A stretch of 64,000 nucleotides of DNA from Candidatus Latescibacterota bacterium (GTDB lineage: Bacteria; Latescibacterota; UBA2968; UBA8231). Positions 48,309-58,955 of this stretch are shown piece after piece; position 1 is the stretch's first letter; every line of letters starts with the position of its first letter. Made by a program: the position numbers and the translations under genes. The notes under the pieces were generated by a model. The model did no database searches. It saw nothing but the letters and a program-made list of their open reading frames with translations, and was not told where the DNA came from. The stretch is taken from contig OZ242005.1 in the NCBI GenBank assembly GCA_965204725.1, forward strand, positions 1,696,001 to 1,760,000. Reading direction: 5' to 3'.

Positions 48309-49138
48309 CCCAAAATCTCGCGGCGCAGGTCGGTGAGTAATTGTAGGGCCGCGCGGATGTCTCCGACTTGGTCCGGGGAAAATTCGCGCTCAATGGTCAG
48401 CGGCCCCTCGTATCCCAGATCCCGCAATTTCAAGAGGAAGGCCCGGATATCGACATCGCCTTGGCCAAGCGGCGCGTCCTCAGACCACGGCTGACCCGGG
48501 CGACGCTCAATTGCGGCGTCTTTGCAGTGGACGCTGCGGACAAAGCGCCCCACCCGATCTAAGGCCTCTAGCGGCGGACCGGCTTGGTAGAGGATCATAT
48601 TGGCTGGATCGAAATTGACTGCGAGGTTTTCGCGGTCCACGGCTCCGATAAAAGCGAGTAGTTCGTCGGCGGTCTCTTGCCCGGTTTCTAAGTGAAAGTA
48701 CTGGCCGTGCCCCCGGCAGTGATCGCACACGGTGCGCGCAACTTCAACGACCGCGGCAAAATCTGGAGCCGACGCCTCCGGCACAAAGCCTAAGTGCATG
48801 CCGACCGCATCTACTCCCAGCACCGCGGCAAAGTCCGCGATGGCCAAGGTCTCTTCGAGCCGACGCGCGCGGCGATCCAAAGGCACCAGCCCGACCGTTT
48901 GCTGGGTGGTTTCCGGCGTGGTGTAATCCTCGTCGGAAAAACCGGCGAAAACCACGCTGATTTCGATCCCAGCCGCGGCGAACTGGTCCTTGATTGCCGC
49001 GGTTTTCTCGGCCGTGCGAAAAGCGCGGCCCGGGGCATGTAGATGCACGGTGGCAACCCCTAACTCCTTCACCGAATCCAAGCCAGCCCCCAAGCCCTCG
49101 TCAATTGAGGTGAATATACCCGTTGCCCATGTGTCCAT
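48305..49138 (-). CDS. Sugar phosphate isomerase/epimerase (TIM barrel, AP endonuclease 2 family)
   Basis: HLGFVP, LETGQE, VNFDPANMILY, VHCKDA, PLGQGDVD, GYEGPLTIERE. Confidence 0.88.
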   Translation of the reverse strand: MDTWATGIFTSIDEGLGAGLDSVKELGVATVHLHAPGRAFRTAEKTAAIKDQFAAAGIEISVVFAGFSDEDYTTPETTQQTVGLVPLDRRARRLEETLAIADFAAVLGVDAVGMHLGFVPEASAPDFAAVVEVARTVCDHCRGHGQYFHLETGQETADELLAFIGAVDRENLAVNFDPANMILYQAGPPLEALDRVGRFVRSVHCKDAAIERRPGQPWSEDAPLGQGDVDIRAFLLKLRDLGYEGPLTIEREFSPDQVGDIRAALQLLTDLRREILG

Positions 49139-49165
49139 TTTGGTTCTCTCCGTTTGTGGTTGCAG

Positions 49166-49198
49166 AAAAAAAGAGGGGACAGCCAAGCCATCCCCTCT
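49166..49198 (-). terminator. Rho-independent terminator after the sigma factor and small ORF
   Basis: AGAGGGGA...TCCCCTCT followed by a T-run on the minus strand. Confidence 0.8.
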
Positions 49199-49218
49199 CT
49201 GATAAATCCACGCGCCGC

Positions 49219-49374
49219 TTACCTCCTCGCACTCCCTTCCTTTTCGTCGCGCCGCGTTCCCTCGGCCTGGGCAGCGTCTAAAATAGCCCGCACCCGCTGG
49301 CGAAAATTTTTGATCTGGTTGTCAACTTCATCTATGGAATTCAGCAGATCCTCCTCAACCGCATCTTCTGGCAT
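49219..49374 (-). CDS. Unannotated 51-aa protein
   Basis: AGGAG SD, ATG 49374, MPEDAVEEDLLNSIDEVDNQIKNFRQRVRAILDAAQAEGTRRDEKEGSARR, TAA, then a terminator. Below the ORF-track length cutoff. Confidence 0.7.
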   Translation of the reverse strand: MPEDAVEEDLLNSIDEVDNQIKNFRQRVRAILDAAQAEGTRRDEKEGSARR

Positions 49375-49430
49375 GATGTACTCCTGCGACTTTTGGGGAG
49401 CAGGGGAGCCGTTGGTGTTGGGGGTCGTTT

Positions 49431-50291
49431 TTAAGCGCGGCTATAGGTGCGCAGCCGATCGCAGCGGCTGGGGTGCCGCAAGCGGTGCAGTGCTTTCTCC
49501 TTGATTTGCCGAACTCGCTCGCGCGTAAGCCCAAAGCGCATACCGATCTGGTCCAAGGTCATAGGCTCTTCTCCATTCAGCCCAAAGTAGAGGCGAAGAA
49601 TTTCGGCCTCGCGCCCGGTGAGCCGACTCAGAGCCGAGTCAATCTGCCCGCGCAGACAGCCGCGTATCACTTGGTTTTCGGGGGATTCTTGGCGCTCGTC
49701 TGGCAGCACGTCGAGCAGGCTGTGGTCCTCTTCGCCGAGAAAGGCTGCGTCGAGCGACCGCATCGAACGGCCGCACAGCAAGGTCTCTTTGACCTCTTCA
49801 ACCGGAACATCGAGTTGCTCGGCAATGGCTTCTGGGTGGGGGTCGCCCGTGCGCTCTTGCTGCAATATGCGGGACGCCTTGGATATCTTGTAGAGCAAGC
49901 CGACTTTATTCAGGGGCAGGCGAACTGTGCGCGACTGCTCGGCCAGCGTCTGTAGGATCGCTTGGCGGATCCACCAAACCGCATAGGAAATGAATTTGAA
50001 CCCCTTGTCTTCGTCGAAACGCTCGGCCGCCGTGATCAAGCCCACGTTGCCGGCACCGACTAAATCGGCGAAGGGGACGCCGCGATTTTGGTATTCCTTG
50101 GCCACGCTGACCACAAAGCGCAAATTCGCTTCGACTAATTTATTGCGAGCCTGCTCATCCCCTTGCTTAATTTTTCGCGCCAGATTGACCTCGTCGGCCG
50201 GGGAGAGCGGCTTGGAATGAGCAATTTCGGCCAGATAACTCCCGAGGCAATCTTCCATGTCCCAAAATGGAGCTTTAGTCATCCCCGCCAT
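49431..50291 (-). CDS. RpoD/RpoS-like sigma-70 factor lacking region 1.1
   Basis: YL.EI....L...E..LA, LVEANLRFVVSVAK.Y, GFKFISYAVWWIRQ, RTVRLP, TL..IG..F.LTRERVRQIKEKAL.RLR. Confidence 0.93.
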   Translation of the reverse strand: MAGMTKAPFWDMEDCLGSYLAEIAHSKPLSPADEVNLARKIKQGDEQARNKLVEANLRFVVSVAKEYQNRGVPFADLVGAGNVGLITAAERFDEDKGFKFISYAVWWIRQAILQTLAEQSRTVRLPLNKVGLLYKISKASRILQQERTGDPHPEAIAEQLDVPVEEVKETLLCGRSMRSLDAAFLGEEDHSLLDVLPDERQESPENQVIRGCLRGQIDSALSRLTGREAEILRLYFGLNGEEPMTLDQIGMRFGLTRERVRQIKEKALHRLRHPSRCDRLRTYSRA

Positions 50292-50367
50292 GGAACCATC
50301 CTCTTCGTTTAGAGTGGGGAGGAAAAGGAAAGCTACACGTGCTTTGAACTGAACTAAAGATGCGTAT

Positions 50368-50396
50368 AACTTAGCCGGGGTCACAACCCCTGTCAA
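50368..50396 (-). promoter_or_regulatory. Sigma70 promoter for the sigma factor gene
   Basis: TTGACA-17 nt-TAAGTT; the spacer holds the inverted repeat GGGGT-TGTG-ACCCC. Confidence 0.65.
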
Positions 50397-50412
50397 GCAA
50401 TTTCTCCCGCCC

Positions 50413-51129
50413 CTAAGCCTCCGTAAGTGCGCTTAAAACAGACTGTTGCACGGCCAATAGGCGTTCTATGCCTATCGCTGCCAAGTCGAGCAACTCAATC
50501 GCTTGGGTGCGGGTAAAGGGACGCCCTTCGGCCGTGCCTTGGACTTCGACGATGCCCCCCGAGCCGGTCATAACGACGTTCATATCGGTTTCGGCGCGGC
50601 TATCTTCCTCGTAGCACAGATCCAATAGGGGCTGCTCCCCTATGATCCCGACGCTAATGGCCGCGACTTGATCTACGAGCACATCATCGCCTTGGAGCGT
50701 CTGCAACGCCTCTACTAAAGCCACGTAAGCCCCTGTTATTGCGGCCGTGCGCGTTCCACCATCGGCCTGTATGACATCGCAATCGACATACAGCGTGCGC
50801 TCGCCGATTTGCTCCAAATTCACTATCGCACGCAACGAGCGGCCGATCAGGCGTTGAATCTCCCGCGCCCGGCTAGTGGACTCACGGGCTACTCGGCGCA
50901 CAGAGGAGCCCGGCAGCATGCTGTACTCAGCGGTCAGCCACCCCTTGCCGGTCCCCGCCAGAAAGGGCGGTACTCCATCGACGGGCGACACCGTGCAGAG
51001 CACCTTTGTATCGCCCATTTCGATCAGGGCCGATCCAGCGGCCGTTTTCAGGTATTTCGGAGCGATCTGCACCGGCCGCAGTTGATCAGGGCGGCGTCCA
51101 TCGCCGCGCTTCGAGCGGGTCTCACGCAT
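50413..51129 (-). CDS. rph: Ribonuclease PH
   Basis: [77 protein letters not shown]. Confidence 0.97.
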   Translation of the reverse strand: MRETRSKRGDGRRPDQLRPVQIAPKYLKTAAGSALIEMGDTKVLCTVSPVDGVPPFLAGTGKGWLTAEYSMLPGSSVRRVARESTSRAREIQRLIGRSLRAIVNLEQIGERTLYVDCDVIQADGGTRTAAITGAYVALVEALQTLQGDDVLVDQVAAISVGIIGEQPLLDLCYEEDSRAETDMNVVMTGSGGIVEVQGTAEGRPFTRTQAIELLDLAAIGIERLLAVQQSVLSALTEA

Positions 51130-51946
51130 TGATATAAGGCCGATAATCAAGGCCATCCATGGGGATGGGTTGGCACATCTCTACTAGGCGCGAGTAGATG
51201 CGGCCCTCGGCGAGGTCCTTGAGTTCGTCGAGAGGGTGATTCGTGGTAATGACCGTGAACCGCTGGTCGCCATAGCGAGTATCTAAGAGATCGTAGAACA
51301 TTTCCTCTTCCCAATCGGTCCTCTGCTGGACTTCAAAATCGTCTATGACCAGATAAGGCATATTGCACAGTTCTTCAAAAATTGGCCAAATGCGGCCACG
51401 GTGCTCGCTGTCGGGTGAAAAGGTGTCGCGCAACCTGTAGTACATGCGCCGCAAACTGAGGAAGCGGCCCGGTTTGGTCCAGCGCAACATGAGTTCGTTG
51501 AGTGCAATACAGCTCATCAAGGTCTTGCCCGTGCCGGGATTTCCGTAGAGAAGATAGCCCCGCTCAGGCTCTTCGGCTGAGTCGATCAGATCTTGGTGAA
51601 TGCGGAGATAGACTGTATTCGCTAGGTCAATGGGCGTCCCGTCTGGTGCCGCCATGCGGAAGTCGTCAACGAACTTCCACTTGAAGCGCTCGGGGATCTC
51701 GGCTTGGCGAAATAAGCGGTTGGTTTCCGCAATTTTTTGGCGATAGGGACGGCAGGGACACCACTGGTTGCGCGAATCGTCGTCCCAGTACTGGTACGGC
51801 ACCCGCCCCCCACAGCGGCACTCGACGCACTCGCAAAGCCGGAGCGTACCATAGCGGCCCACCTCGACTATTGGGTCGTAGTACAGGCCGCCACTACCGC
51901 ATTTAGAACAGCGCGGCACTTCCCGGCTGGGTGCAGGTAAACTCAT
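51122..51946 (-). CDS. DnaC/IstB-like AAA+ ATPase with a Cys-rich N-terminus
   Basis: [19 protein letters not shown] (Walker A), LVIDDF (Walker B), LLD.RY...TVITTN, RIYSRL.EMC. Confidence 0.88.
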   Translation of the reverse strand: MSLPAPSREVPRCSKCGSGGLYYDPIVEVGRYGTLRLCECVECRCGGRVPYQYWDDDSRNQWCPCRPYRQKIAETNRLFRQAEIPERFKWKFVDDFRMAAPDGTPIDLANTVYLRIHQDLIDSAEEPERGYLLYGNPGTGKTLMSCIALNELMLRWTKPGRFLSLRRMYYRLRDTFSPDSEHRGRIWPIFEELCNMPYLVIDDFEVQQRTDWEEEMFYDLLDTRYGDQRFTVITTNHPLDELKDLAEGRIYSRLVEMCQPIPMDGLDYRPYINA

Positions 51947-52422
51947 CGGTGTCGCTCCTTGAGGGCCCGGTCGACGTCGCGGTCGGCTTGGCGTTGGGCC
52001 AACGCTTGGCGTTTGTCGAACTGCCTCTTGCCGCGGACCAGTGCCAACTCCACCTTCGCTCGGCCGCGCTTAAAGTAAATTTTCAGCGGCACCAAAGTAA
52101 GGCCCTGCTGTTGCGTCCTCCCGGTCAGCCGGCGGATTTCGCTGCGGTGCAAGAGCAATTTGCGTACGCGCTCTGGGTCGTGATTGAAATTGTTGCCGCG
52201 CTCGTACTGGGCAATGTGGACATTGTGCAGAAAAATTTCGCCCCGCTCAACTAAGGCGAAACTGTCCTTGAGGTTGGCGCGGCCGGCGCGCAGCGATTTG
52301 ACTTCCGTGCCCCGCAAGACAATGCCGGTCTCATAGCGGCCCATCACCTCGTAATCGTGCCGGGCTTTGCGGTTTTGTACGGCGATGAACTCGCGCTTGG
52401 CACCGTTTTCCGTTTTGGCCAT
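51943..52422 (-). CDS. smpB: SsrA-binding protein
   Basis: [52 protein letters not shown]. Confidence 0.98.
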   Translation of the reverse strand: MAKTENGAKREFIAVQNRKARHDYEVMGRYETGIVLRGTEVKSLRAGRANLKDSFALVERGEIFLHNVHIAQYERGNNFNHDPERVRKLLLHRSEIRRLTGRTQQQGLTLVPLKIYFKRGRAKVELALVRGKRQFDKRQALAQRQADRDVDRALKERHR

Positions 52423-52452
52423 AACTCGCCTGTTCCTACGAAGAGAGCAGGC

Positions 52453-52481
52453 TTGACGGCTACAAGCCCGCCGCTTAGTTT
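52453..52481 (+). promoter_or_regulatory. Sigma70 promoter for tRNA-Leu
   Basis: TTGACG-17 nt-TAGTTT. Confidence 0.65.
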
Positions 52482-52494
52482 GTGCTATGCACTG

Positions 52495-52581
52495 GCCGAA
52501 GTGGCGAAATTGGTAGACGCGCATGGTTCAGGACCATGTGGGGGCAACCCCGTGGAGGTTCGAGTCCTCTCTTCGGCACCA
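52495..52581 (+). tRNA. tRNA-Leu(CAG)
   Basis: GCCGAAGTGGCGAAATTGGTAGACGC...CATGGTTCAGGACCATG, long variable arm, GGTTCGAGTCC, TTCGGCACCA. Confidence 0.97.
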
Positions 52582-52709
52582 CTTTTCGCTTCTCACTCCC
52601 TGACTGATTTAATCTACACGCCTCGTTCCAACCCGCGCAAGGGACTGCCTGCACCCGCAGCAGCCCTTTTCTTCCTTATTATATACCTATAACCTGCGAA
52701 AGGATGTCC

Positions 52710-53087
52710 ATGGCTCGCTTCCTGCACACCCGCATCCGCGTCGGCGATCTCGAGCGCTCTATTGAGTGGTATTGTACTCACCTCGGCTTTGAGGTCCAGA
52801 GCCGTTCCGCTAAATCGCCTGCTGGCAACCAAATCGTCCATCTCGAACTGCCCGGCAATGAGCACACCCTAGAGCTGACCTACTCCGCCGACTACCAGCT
52901 TGCGGTCCCCGAAGACCTCATGCACCTCGCTATTGCGGTCCCCGACTTGATCGGCTTTTGCGACGCTTTGGAAAACAACGGGATCGAAATATGGCCGAGC
53001 GATTGGCGCACGACGTTTCCCACCGGCCGCAAGATGGCCTTTATCGACGACCCCGATGGCTACGAGATAGAGCTGCTCGAATGTTAA
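52710..53087 (+). CDS. VOC/glyoxalase family protein (lactoylglutathione lyase-like)
   Basis: FLHTRIRVGDLERSI.WY...LG, LELTY, HLAIAV.D, AFI.DPDGYEIELL. Confidence 0.9.
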   Translation: MARFLHTRIRVGDLERSIEWYCTHLGFEVQSRSAKSPAGNQIVHLELPGNEHTLELTYSADYQLAVPEDLMHLAIAVPDLIGFCDALENNGIEIWPSDWRTTFPTGRKMAFIDDPDGYEIELLEC

Positions 53088-53139
53088 GGTTGATTTAACG
53101 TTCCCGCGCTAAAGGGCCGCTGTGGTCGAGGAAAGGAAC

Positions 53140-53213
53140 TACCCCCGGGCGGATTCGAACCGCCGACCCACAGATTAGGAATCTGTTGCTCTATCCTGCT
53201 GAGCTACGGGGGT
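53140..53213 (-). tRNA. tRNA-Arg(CCT), CCA not encoded
   Basis: ACCCCCGTAGCTCAGCAGGATAGAGCAACAGATTCCTAATCTGTGGGTCGGCGGTTCGAATCCGCCCGGGGGTA; promoter TTGACT-17-TAATAT at 53237-53265. Confidence 0.95.
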
Positions 53214-53289
53214 TAGAGGAGGGATGTTGGTTGTTCATATTATATTGCGAGAGATTCAAAGTCAAATGCTCGGGTTTTTATCGCATCTG

Positions 53290-53317
53290 TTGACACCAAA
53301 TTAAACTGGCCTAATTT
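53290..53317 (+). promoter_or_regulatory. Candidate promoter for the ACIII-oxidase operon
   Basis: TTGACA-16 nt-TAATTT upstream of actA. Confidence 0.55.
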
Positions 53318-53385
53318 ACAAGACTGTTTGGCCAAAAAATCTAAGGCAAGGCCGGCTTTTTACAACCTCAGCTAAACTAAAAAAT

Positions 53386-54042
53386 ATGGCTCAAGTATTC
53401 TCGCGCAGCGCCAACTGGGCTTCTAAGGCCAGCATCCTCGTCGGCCTCGTCCTAGTCGGAAGTATCCTCGGTATCGTCCTCAACATCAATCGCATTTACT
53501 TCGTCAACCAAGTCAACGTGGCCATTGATCAGCCCGTTCCCTTCAGCCACAAACACCACGTCACCGGCATGGGGATCGACTGCCGCTATTGCCATACAAC
53601 CGTCGAGGAAAGTGCTTTTGCCGGCATTCCCCCGACCGAAACCTGCATGACCTGCCACTCGCAGATCTGGACCGAAGCCCCCATCCTCGAACCCGTGCGG
53701 GCTAGCTTCCGCGACGGCGTCCCCATCGAGTGGAATCGCGTCCACGACTTGCCCGACTTCACTTATTTCAACCACAGCATCCACGTCAACCAAGGCATTG
53801 GCTGCCAGTCCTGCCACGGCCCAGTCGATCAAATGCCCCTGATGTGGAAAGCCGAATCCCTGAATATGGAGTGGTGTCTCGATTGCCACCGCGATCCCGC
53901 CCAGTACATCCGCCCACGCGACCAAGTCTTTAACATGAACTACCAATATCCAGCCGACCAAGAAAGCTTGGGGGCGCAACTCGTCGCCGAATACGGCGTG
54001 CAGACCAGCCAACTCACCAACTGCTCTATCTGCCACCGCTAA
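53386..54042 (+). CDS. actA: Alternative complex III pentaheme cytochrome c subunit
   Basis: N-terminal TM helix, QPVPFSHKHH, five CxxCH motifs, WNRVHDLPDF.YFNHSIH. Confidence 0.95.
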   Translation: MAQVFSRSANWASKASILVGLVLVGSILGIVLNINRIYFVNQVNVAIDQPVPFSHKHHVTGMGIDCRYCHTTVEESAFAGIPPTETCMTCHSQIWTEAPILEPVRASFRDGVPIEWNRVHDLPDFTYFNHSIHVNQGIGCQSCHGPVDQMPLMWKAESLNMEWCLDCHRDPAQYIRPRDQVFNMNYQYPADQESLGAQLVAEYGVQTSQLTNCSICHR

Positions 54043-54043
54043 T

Positions 54044-57025
54044 ATGGAAACCAGAAAAAACATCGATCTCGCGACCATCCGTTCCCGTCTCCAAGCCACT
54101 CAAGGTCCAGAGTACTGGCGCAGCTTGGACCAATTGGCTCAGACCGAAGAATTTGCCGCCATGGTCCAGCGCGAGTTCCCCGAGCAAGCGGCCGAGTTGA
54201 AGGATCCGGTCAGTCGGCGGAATTTTCTCAAGCTCATGAGCGCATCGCTGGCGCTAGGCGGGCTTTCGGGTTGCACGATTCAGCCCCGCGAAAAAATCGT
54301 TCCCCAAGTCCGGGCCCCGGAAGATGTCATTCCCGGCAAGCCTCAGTACTTTGCTTCGGCCGCCTCGCTCGGCGGTGTGGGCATGGGCATCCTAGTCGAG
54401 AGCCATCAGGGGCGGCCGACCAAAATCGAGGGCAATCCCGAGCATCCCTCCGGCAGCCGCGGCTCCAATGCGCTCATACAGGCTTCGATTCTCGACCTCT
54501 ACGACCCCGACCGGTCGCAAACGGTTAAAAACGCCGGTCGCATCAGCACTTGGAGCATCTTCCTAGCCGATCTGACGCAGCGGTTGAGCTTGCACGAGGC
54601 CAACGGCGGCGCTGGCCTGCGCATCCTGACCCAGACGGTGACTTCGCCGACCCTTGGGCACCAGTTGCAGGCCCTGCAGGCCCAGTTTCCCCAAGCCCAG
54701 TGGCACCAGTACGAGCCTGTCAATCGCGACAACGCCCGCGCCGGGGCCCAAATGGCCTTTGGCGAGCCGGTCCATGCGTTTTACGACGTCGCCCACGCCA
54801 AGGTGATTCTATCGCTGGACGCGGACTTTACCTACAGCGCTCCCGGCAACGTCCGCCACGCTCGGGACCTAGCGGCCGGTCGCCGCTTTCGCAACAACGC
54901 CAAGGCCAGCAATCGGCTCTATGCGGTCGAGAGCAGTCCAACGCCTACGGGCAGCGCAGCCGATCACCGCTTGGCCCTAGGCACGGCGTCCATCGAAGCC
55001 TTGGCCCTAAAGGTGGCCCAAGGGCTTGGCATCGGCTGGGAGGGGCCGAGCGTTCCGGCCGACTTCTCCGCGCACGATGCCTGGATTGCCGCCCTCGTCG
55101 ATGACCTAAAAGCCCACCGCGGTCAAAGCCTCGTCCTCGCGGGCGACCAGCAGGCCCCGGCCGTCCACGCTTTGGCCCATGCGATCAACCACGCCCTCGG
55201 CAATGTGGGCACAACGATACACTACACCGATCCCCTCGAAGTCGAGTCGGTTGACCAGCGCGCGTCGCTAGCCGCTTTAGTCGCCGACATGAACGCCGGC
55301 CAAGTCGAGTCCTTGTTCATCCTCGGCGGCAATCCGGTGTACGACGCGCCCGTGGATCTCGACTTTGCGGCCGCGCTCGACCAAGTCGGCTACCGCGTCC
55401 ACCTCGGCCTGTACGACAATGAAACGTCGGAACGCTGCCATTGGCACATCCCAGAATCTCATTTTCTCGAAGCGTGGAGCGACACCCGCGCCCACGACGG
55501 CCTCGCCACGATTGTCCAGCCGCTAATAAGCCCGCTCTACAAGAGCCAATCAGCGCACGACTTTTTGGCGGTCCTCACCGGCCAGCCCGGGGTCCCCGAT
55601 CTTGAAATCGTGCGCCAGTATTGGGAGGGACAAGGGCTGGATGCGACAGCTTGGCGTCGCGCCCTGCACGACGGCTTCGTCGAGGGTACGCGCCCCCAAG
55701 CCCAATCCGCCCAACTCGTTCCGCTGCGGCTGCCGGCAACCACTGGGAACCTGCCCGCCGAAGAAGACCTCGAAATCCACTTTCGGCCCGATCCCATGGT
55801 GTGGGACGGCCGCTTTACCAACAACGCTTGGCTGCAAGAGACCCCTAAGCCCATCACCAAGCTAACTTGGGACAACGCCGTCCTCGTCAGCCCGGCCACG
55901 GCCGAGCGCCTGCGGCTCAAGAGCGAATTTCTCGCCGAACTGCGCTTTGACGGGCGGGCGCTCAAGGCAGCGGTTTGGATCGTGCCCGGCCAAGCCGACG
56001 GCGTCGCCACCTTGCACTTGGGCTACGGCCAAAAGCGTAGTGGCCGCATCGGGCGCGACAAGGGGTTCAATGCCTATGCCTTGCGGCCTACGGCGGCCTT
56101 GTGGAGCGGCGGCGACCTCCAGATCAGCGGCTCCTACGACCGCTATCGCCTCGCCTGTACGCAAGACCACCACAGCATGGAAGGCCGCAACTTCGTGCGC
56201 CAAGCCTCGCTAGACTACTACCAAGCGCATCCGCACTTTGCCCACGAAGGCACCCACGACCCGCCCGATGACCTGACGCTCCACAACCGCACGGATCACC
56301 AATACACAGGCTATGCTTGGGGCATGGTAATCGATCTAGGCTCCTGCATCGGCTGCAATGCGTGCGCAACGGCCTGCCAAGCCGAAAACAACATCCCCAT
56401 CGTGGGCAAGGACGAAGTCCTCAACGGCCGCGAAATGCCTTGGATTCGCGTCGATCGCTACTACAAGGGGTCGCTCGATAACCCCGAGATCGCGCACCAG
56501 CCCGTGCCTTGCATGCAGTGCGAAAACGCCCCTTGCGAGTTGGTTTGCCCGGTCGCGGCTACGACCCACAGCGACGAGGGCCTCAACGACATGGTCTATA
56601 ATCGCTGCGTCGGCACCCGCTACTGCGCCAACAACTGCCCCTATAAGGTGCGGCGCTTCAACTTCCTCCAATACGCCGACCGCGATACCGAAAGCCTAAA
56701 ATTGCAGCGCAATCCCGATGTCACCACGCGCGCCCGCGGCGTCATGGAAAAATGCACGTACTGCGTCCAGCGCATCAACCAAGCACGCATTGAGGCCAAA
56801 AAGGCGAATCGCACCATAGGCGATGGCGAGATCGTCACCGCCTGCGAGCAAGCCTGTCCCACCGAGTCCATCGTCTTCGGGGACATCAACGATCCCGAGA
56901 GTCGCGTCTCTGCGCTCAAGGCATCCCCGCTCAACTACGGCATCCTCACCGAGTTGAACACGCGCCCCCGCACCACGTATTTAGCCAGCATCAAGAACCC
57001 CAATCCCAAAATTGCCGAGGCTTAG
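54044..57025 (+). CDS. actB: Alternative complex III subunit B (molybdopterin-oxidoreductase-like plus Fe-S domains)
   Basis: YWRSL..L, Tat motif SRRNFLKLM followed by a lipobox Cys, [52 protein letters not shown]. Confidence 0.95.
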   Translation: METRKNIDLATIRSRLQATQGPEYWRSLDQLAQTEEFAAMVQREFPEQAAELKDPVSRRNFLKLMSASLALGGLSGCTIQPREKIVPQVRAPEDVIPGKPQYFASAASLGGVGMGILVESHQGRPTKIEGNPEHPSGSRGSNALIQASILDLYDPDRSQTVKNAGRISTWSIFLADLTQRLSLHEANGGAGLRILTQTVTSPTLGHQLQALQAQFPQAQWHQYEPVNRDNARAGAQMAFGEPVHAFYDVAHAKVILSLDADFTYSAPGNVRHARDLAAGRRFRNNAKASNRLYAVESSPTPTGSAADHRLALGTASIEALALKVAQGLGIGWEGPSVPADFSAHDAWIAALVDDLKAHRGQSLVLAGDQQAPAVHALAHAINHALGNVGTTIHYTDPLEVESVDQRASLAALVADMNAGQVESLFILGGNPVYDAPVDLDFAAALDQVGYRVHLGLYDNETSERCHWHIPESHFLEAWSDTRAHDGLATIVQPLISPLYKSQSAHDFLAVLTGQPGVPDLEIVRQYWEGQGLDATAWRRALHDGFVEGTRPQAQSAQLVPLRLPATTGNLPAEEDLEIHFRPDPMVWDGRFTNNAWLQETPKPITKLTWDNAVLVSPATAERLRLKSEFLAELRFDGRALKAAVWIVPGQADGVATLHLGYGQKRSGRIGRDKGFNAYALRPTAALWSGGDLQISGSYDRYRLACTQDHHSMEGRNFVRQASLDYYQAHPHFAHEGTHDPPDDLTLHNRTDHQYTGYAWGMVIDLGSCIGCNACATACQAENNIPIVGKDEVLNGREMPWIRVDRYYKGSLDNPEIAHQPVPCMQCENAPCELVCPVAATTHSDEGLNDMVYNRCVGTRYCANNCPYKVRRFNFLQYADRDTESLKLQRNPDVTTRARGVMEKCTYCVQRINQARIEAKKANRTIGDGEIVTACEQACPTESIVFGDINDPESRVSALKASPLNYGILTELNTRPRTTYLASIKNPNPKIAEA

Positions 57026-57026
57026 C

Positions 57027-58400
57027 ATGTCCGAAACTGCGAAAACGCCTTATCGCCCCCCAGTGTCGGAACTAGGCCCGAGCCAGACCTCGTACACCTC
57101 AATCACCGACAAAATCAGCGGGATCGTCCTGACCAAAAACACTCCGCTGGCGTGGTTCCTTTGCTTTGCTTTGGGCTTTTTGCTGCTGCACGGACTCATG
57201 ATCGGCGTTCCCTACCTGCTGTTTGAGGGCGTGGGCATCTGGGGCATCAACAATCCGGTGGGCTGGGGTTGGGCCATCATCAACTTTGTCTGGTGGATCG
57301 GCATCGGCCACGCCGGCACCCTGATCTCGGCGATTTTACTCTTATTCCGGCAGCGGTGGCGCACCTCGATCAACCGCGCGGCCGAGGCCATGACCATCTT
57401 TGCCGTGCTCTGCGCCGCGCAGTTTCCGCTCTTTCACACCGGGCGGCCTTGGCTGGCCTGTTACTGGCTGTTGCCCTATCCCAACTCCATGGATCTCTGG
57501 CCGCAGTTTCGCAGCCCGCTTATTTGGGACGTCTTCGCGGTCTCGACCTATTTGACGGTGTCGCTGGTCTTTTGGTTCGTCGGCTTGGTTCCAGACTTAG
57601 CGAGCCTGCGCGACCGCGCCAAAAACCGCATTGCCCAAGTTCTCTACGGCGTCCTCGCGCTTGGCTGGCGCGGCTCGGCCATTCACTGGGAGCGCTACGA
57701 AATGGCGTCCCTGTTGCTGGCCGGCCTCTCCACCCCCCTCGTGCTCTCGGTCCACAGCGTCGTCAGTTTCGACTTTGCCGTCGGGCTGATACCCGGGTGG
57801 CACACGACCATATTCCCTCCCTATTTCGTCGCCGGGGCCATCTATGCGGGCTTTGCCATGGTCCTGACCTTGATGATCCCCATGCGCCTCATCTATGGGT
57901 TGGACGACTTCATAACCGAGCGCCATCTAAACAACATGGCCAAAGTCATGCTCGCTTCCGGGCTGATTGTGGGATATGGCTACTTCATGGAGCAGTTCAT
58001 CGCTTGGTACAGCGCCAGCGTCTTTGAGAGCTATATGATGGAAAACCGCATGCATGGCCCGTACGGCCCCTTCTACTGGGCCTTGATCGTCTGCAACATC
58101 GCCGTGCCCCAGCTCCTTTGGTTTAGGCACTTCCGCACGAGTATGTTCTGGCTATTTTTCATTTCTCAGTTCATCAACGTCGGCATGTGGCTGGAGCGCT
58201 TCATCATCGTCGTCACGAGCCTACATCGCGATTTTATGCCCTCTTCTTGGGGCATGTTCCACCCAACTATCTGGGACATTGCCATCTACGCGGGGACCAT
58301 CGGCTTGTTCATCGTCCTGTTTTTTCTCTTCATCCGCGGCCTACCGATGATTTCCATCCACGAGATCCGCAATCTGCTGGTCTCTGGCGACCACAAGTGA
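57027..58400 (+). CDS. actC: Alternative complex III subunit C (NrfD-like quinol-binding subunit)
   Basis: [64 protein letters not shown]. Confidence 0.96.
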   Translation: MSETAKTPYRPPVSELGPSQTSYTSITDKISGIVLTKNTPLAWFLCFALGFLLLHGLMIGVPYLLFEGVGIWGINNPVGWGWAIINFVWWIGIGHAGTLISAILLLFRQRWRTSINRAAEAMTIFAVLCAAQFPLFHTGRPWLACYWLLPYPNSMDLWPQFRSPLIWDVFAVSTYLTVSLVFWFVGLVPDLASLRDRAKNRIAQVLYGVLALGWRGSAIHWERYEMASLLLAGLSTPLVLSVHSVVSFDFAVGLIPGWHTTIFPPYFVAGAIYAGFAMVLTLMIPMRLIYGLDDFITERHLNNMAKVMLASGLIVGYGYFMEQFIAWYSASVFESYMMENRMHGPYGPFYWALIVCNIAVPQLLWFRHFRTSMFWLFFISQFINVGMWLERFIIVVTSLHRDFMPSSWGMFHPTIWDIAIYAGTIGLFIVLFFLFIRGLPMISIHEIRNLLVSGDHK

Positions 58401-58411
58401 GCCCTTGATTT

Positions 58412-58954
58412 ATGCAGCACACCGAACCAACGCCCTACGGCCTGCTGGCCGAATTTGAATCCCCCAACGACTTGCTGGCCGCGGCCAAGGCGACCTTTGC
58501 GGCCGGCTACCGCAAGATCGACGCTTATTCGCCCATGCCCGTCCACGGTTTGGGCGCGGCGATTGGCTTTCCGCGCACCAGGTTGCCTTGGCTGGTTTTC
58601 GCCTTTGGCCTACTCGGCGCCATCACCGGCTACTCCCTGTGCTATTGGGTCTCGGTCATCGACTATCCGCTCAACATCGCCGGCAAGCCCTTGCACAGCG
58701 GGCCGATGTTCATCCCGGTGACCTTTGAGCTGACCATCCTCTTTGCCGCCCTCAGTTCGGCCGTTGGCATGTTCATTGCCAACGGCCTGCCCCAGCCCTA
58801 TCACCCGGTCTTCAACGCGCCCAACTTCAGCCGCGCCAGCCAAGATCGCTTCTTTCTCTGCATTGAGGCCGAAGACCCCCAGTTCGACCGCAAAAAAACC
58901 GAGGAATTTCTGCGCGGCCTAAACCCGCATGAGGTTGTCGAAGTTGAAAACTGA
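58412..58954 (+). CDS. actD: Alternative complex III subunit D (DUF3341)
   Basis: GLLAEF, DAYSPMPVHGL, DYPLNIAGKP, FIPVTFELTILF. Confidence 0.93.
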   Translation: MQHTEPTPYGLLAEFESPNDLLAAAKATFAAGYRKIDAYSPMPVHGLGAAIGFPRTRLPWLVFAFGLLGAITGYSLCYWVSVIDYPLNIAGKPLHSGPMFIPVTFELTILFAALSSAVGMFIANGLPQPYHPVFNAPNFSRASQDRFFLCIEAEDPQFDRKKTEEFLRGLNPHEVVEVEN

Positions 58955-58955
58955 A

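Noticed and set aside
51122-53213. IS21 element or prophage integrated near smpB and the tRNAs
   Set aside because: No istA, integrase, terminal inverted repeats, duplicated tRNA 3' end or phage genes.
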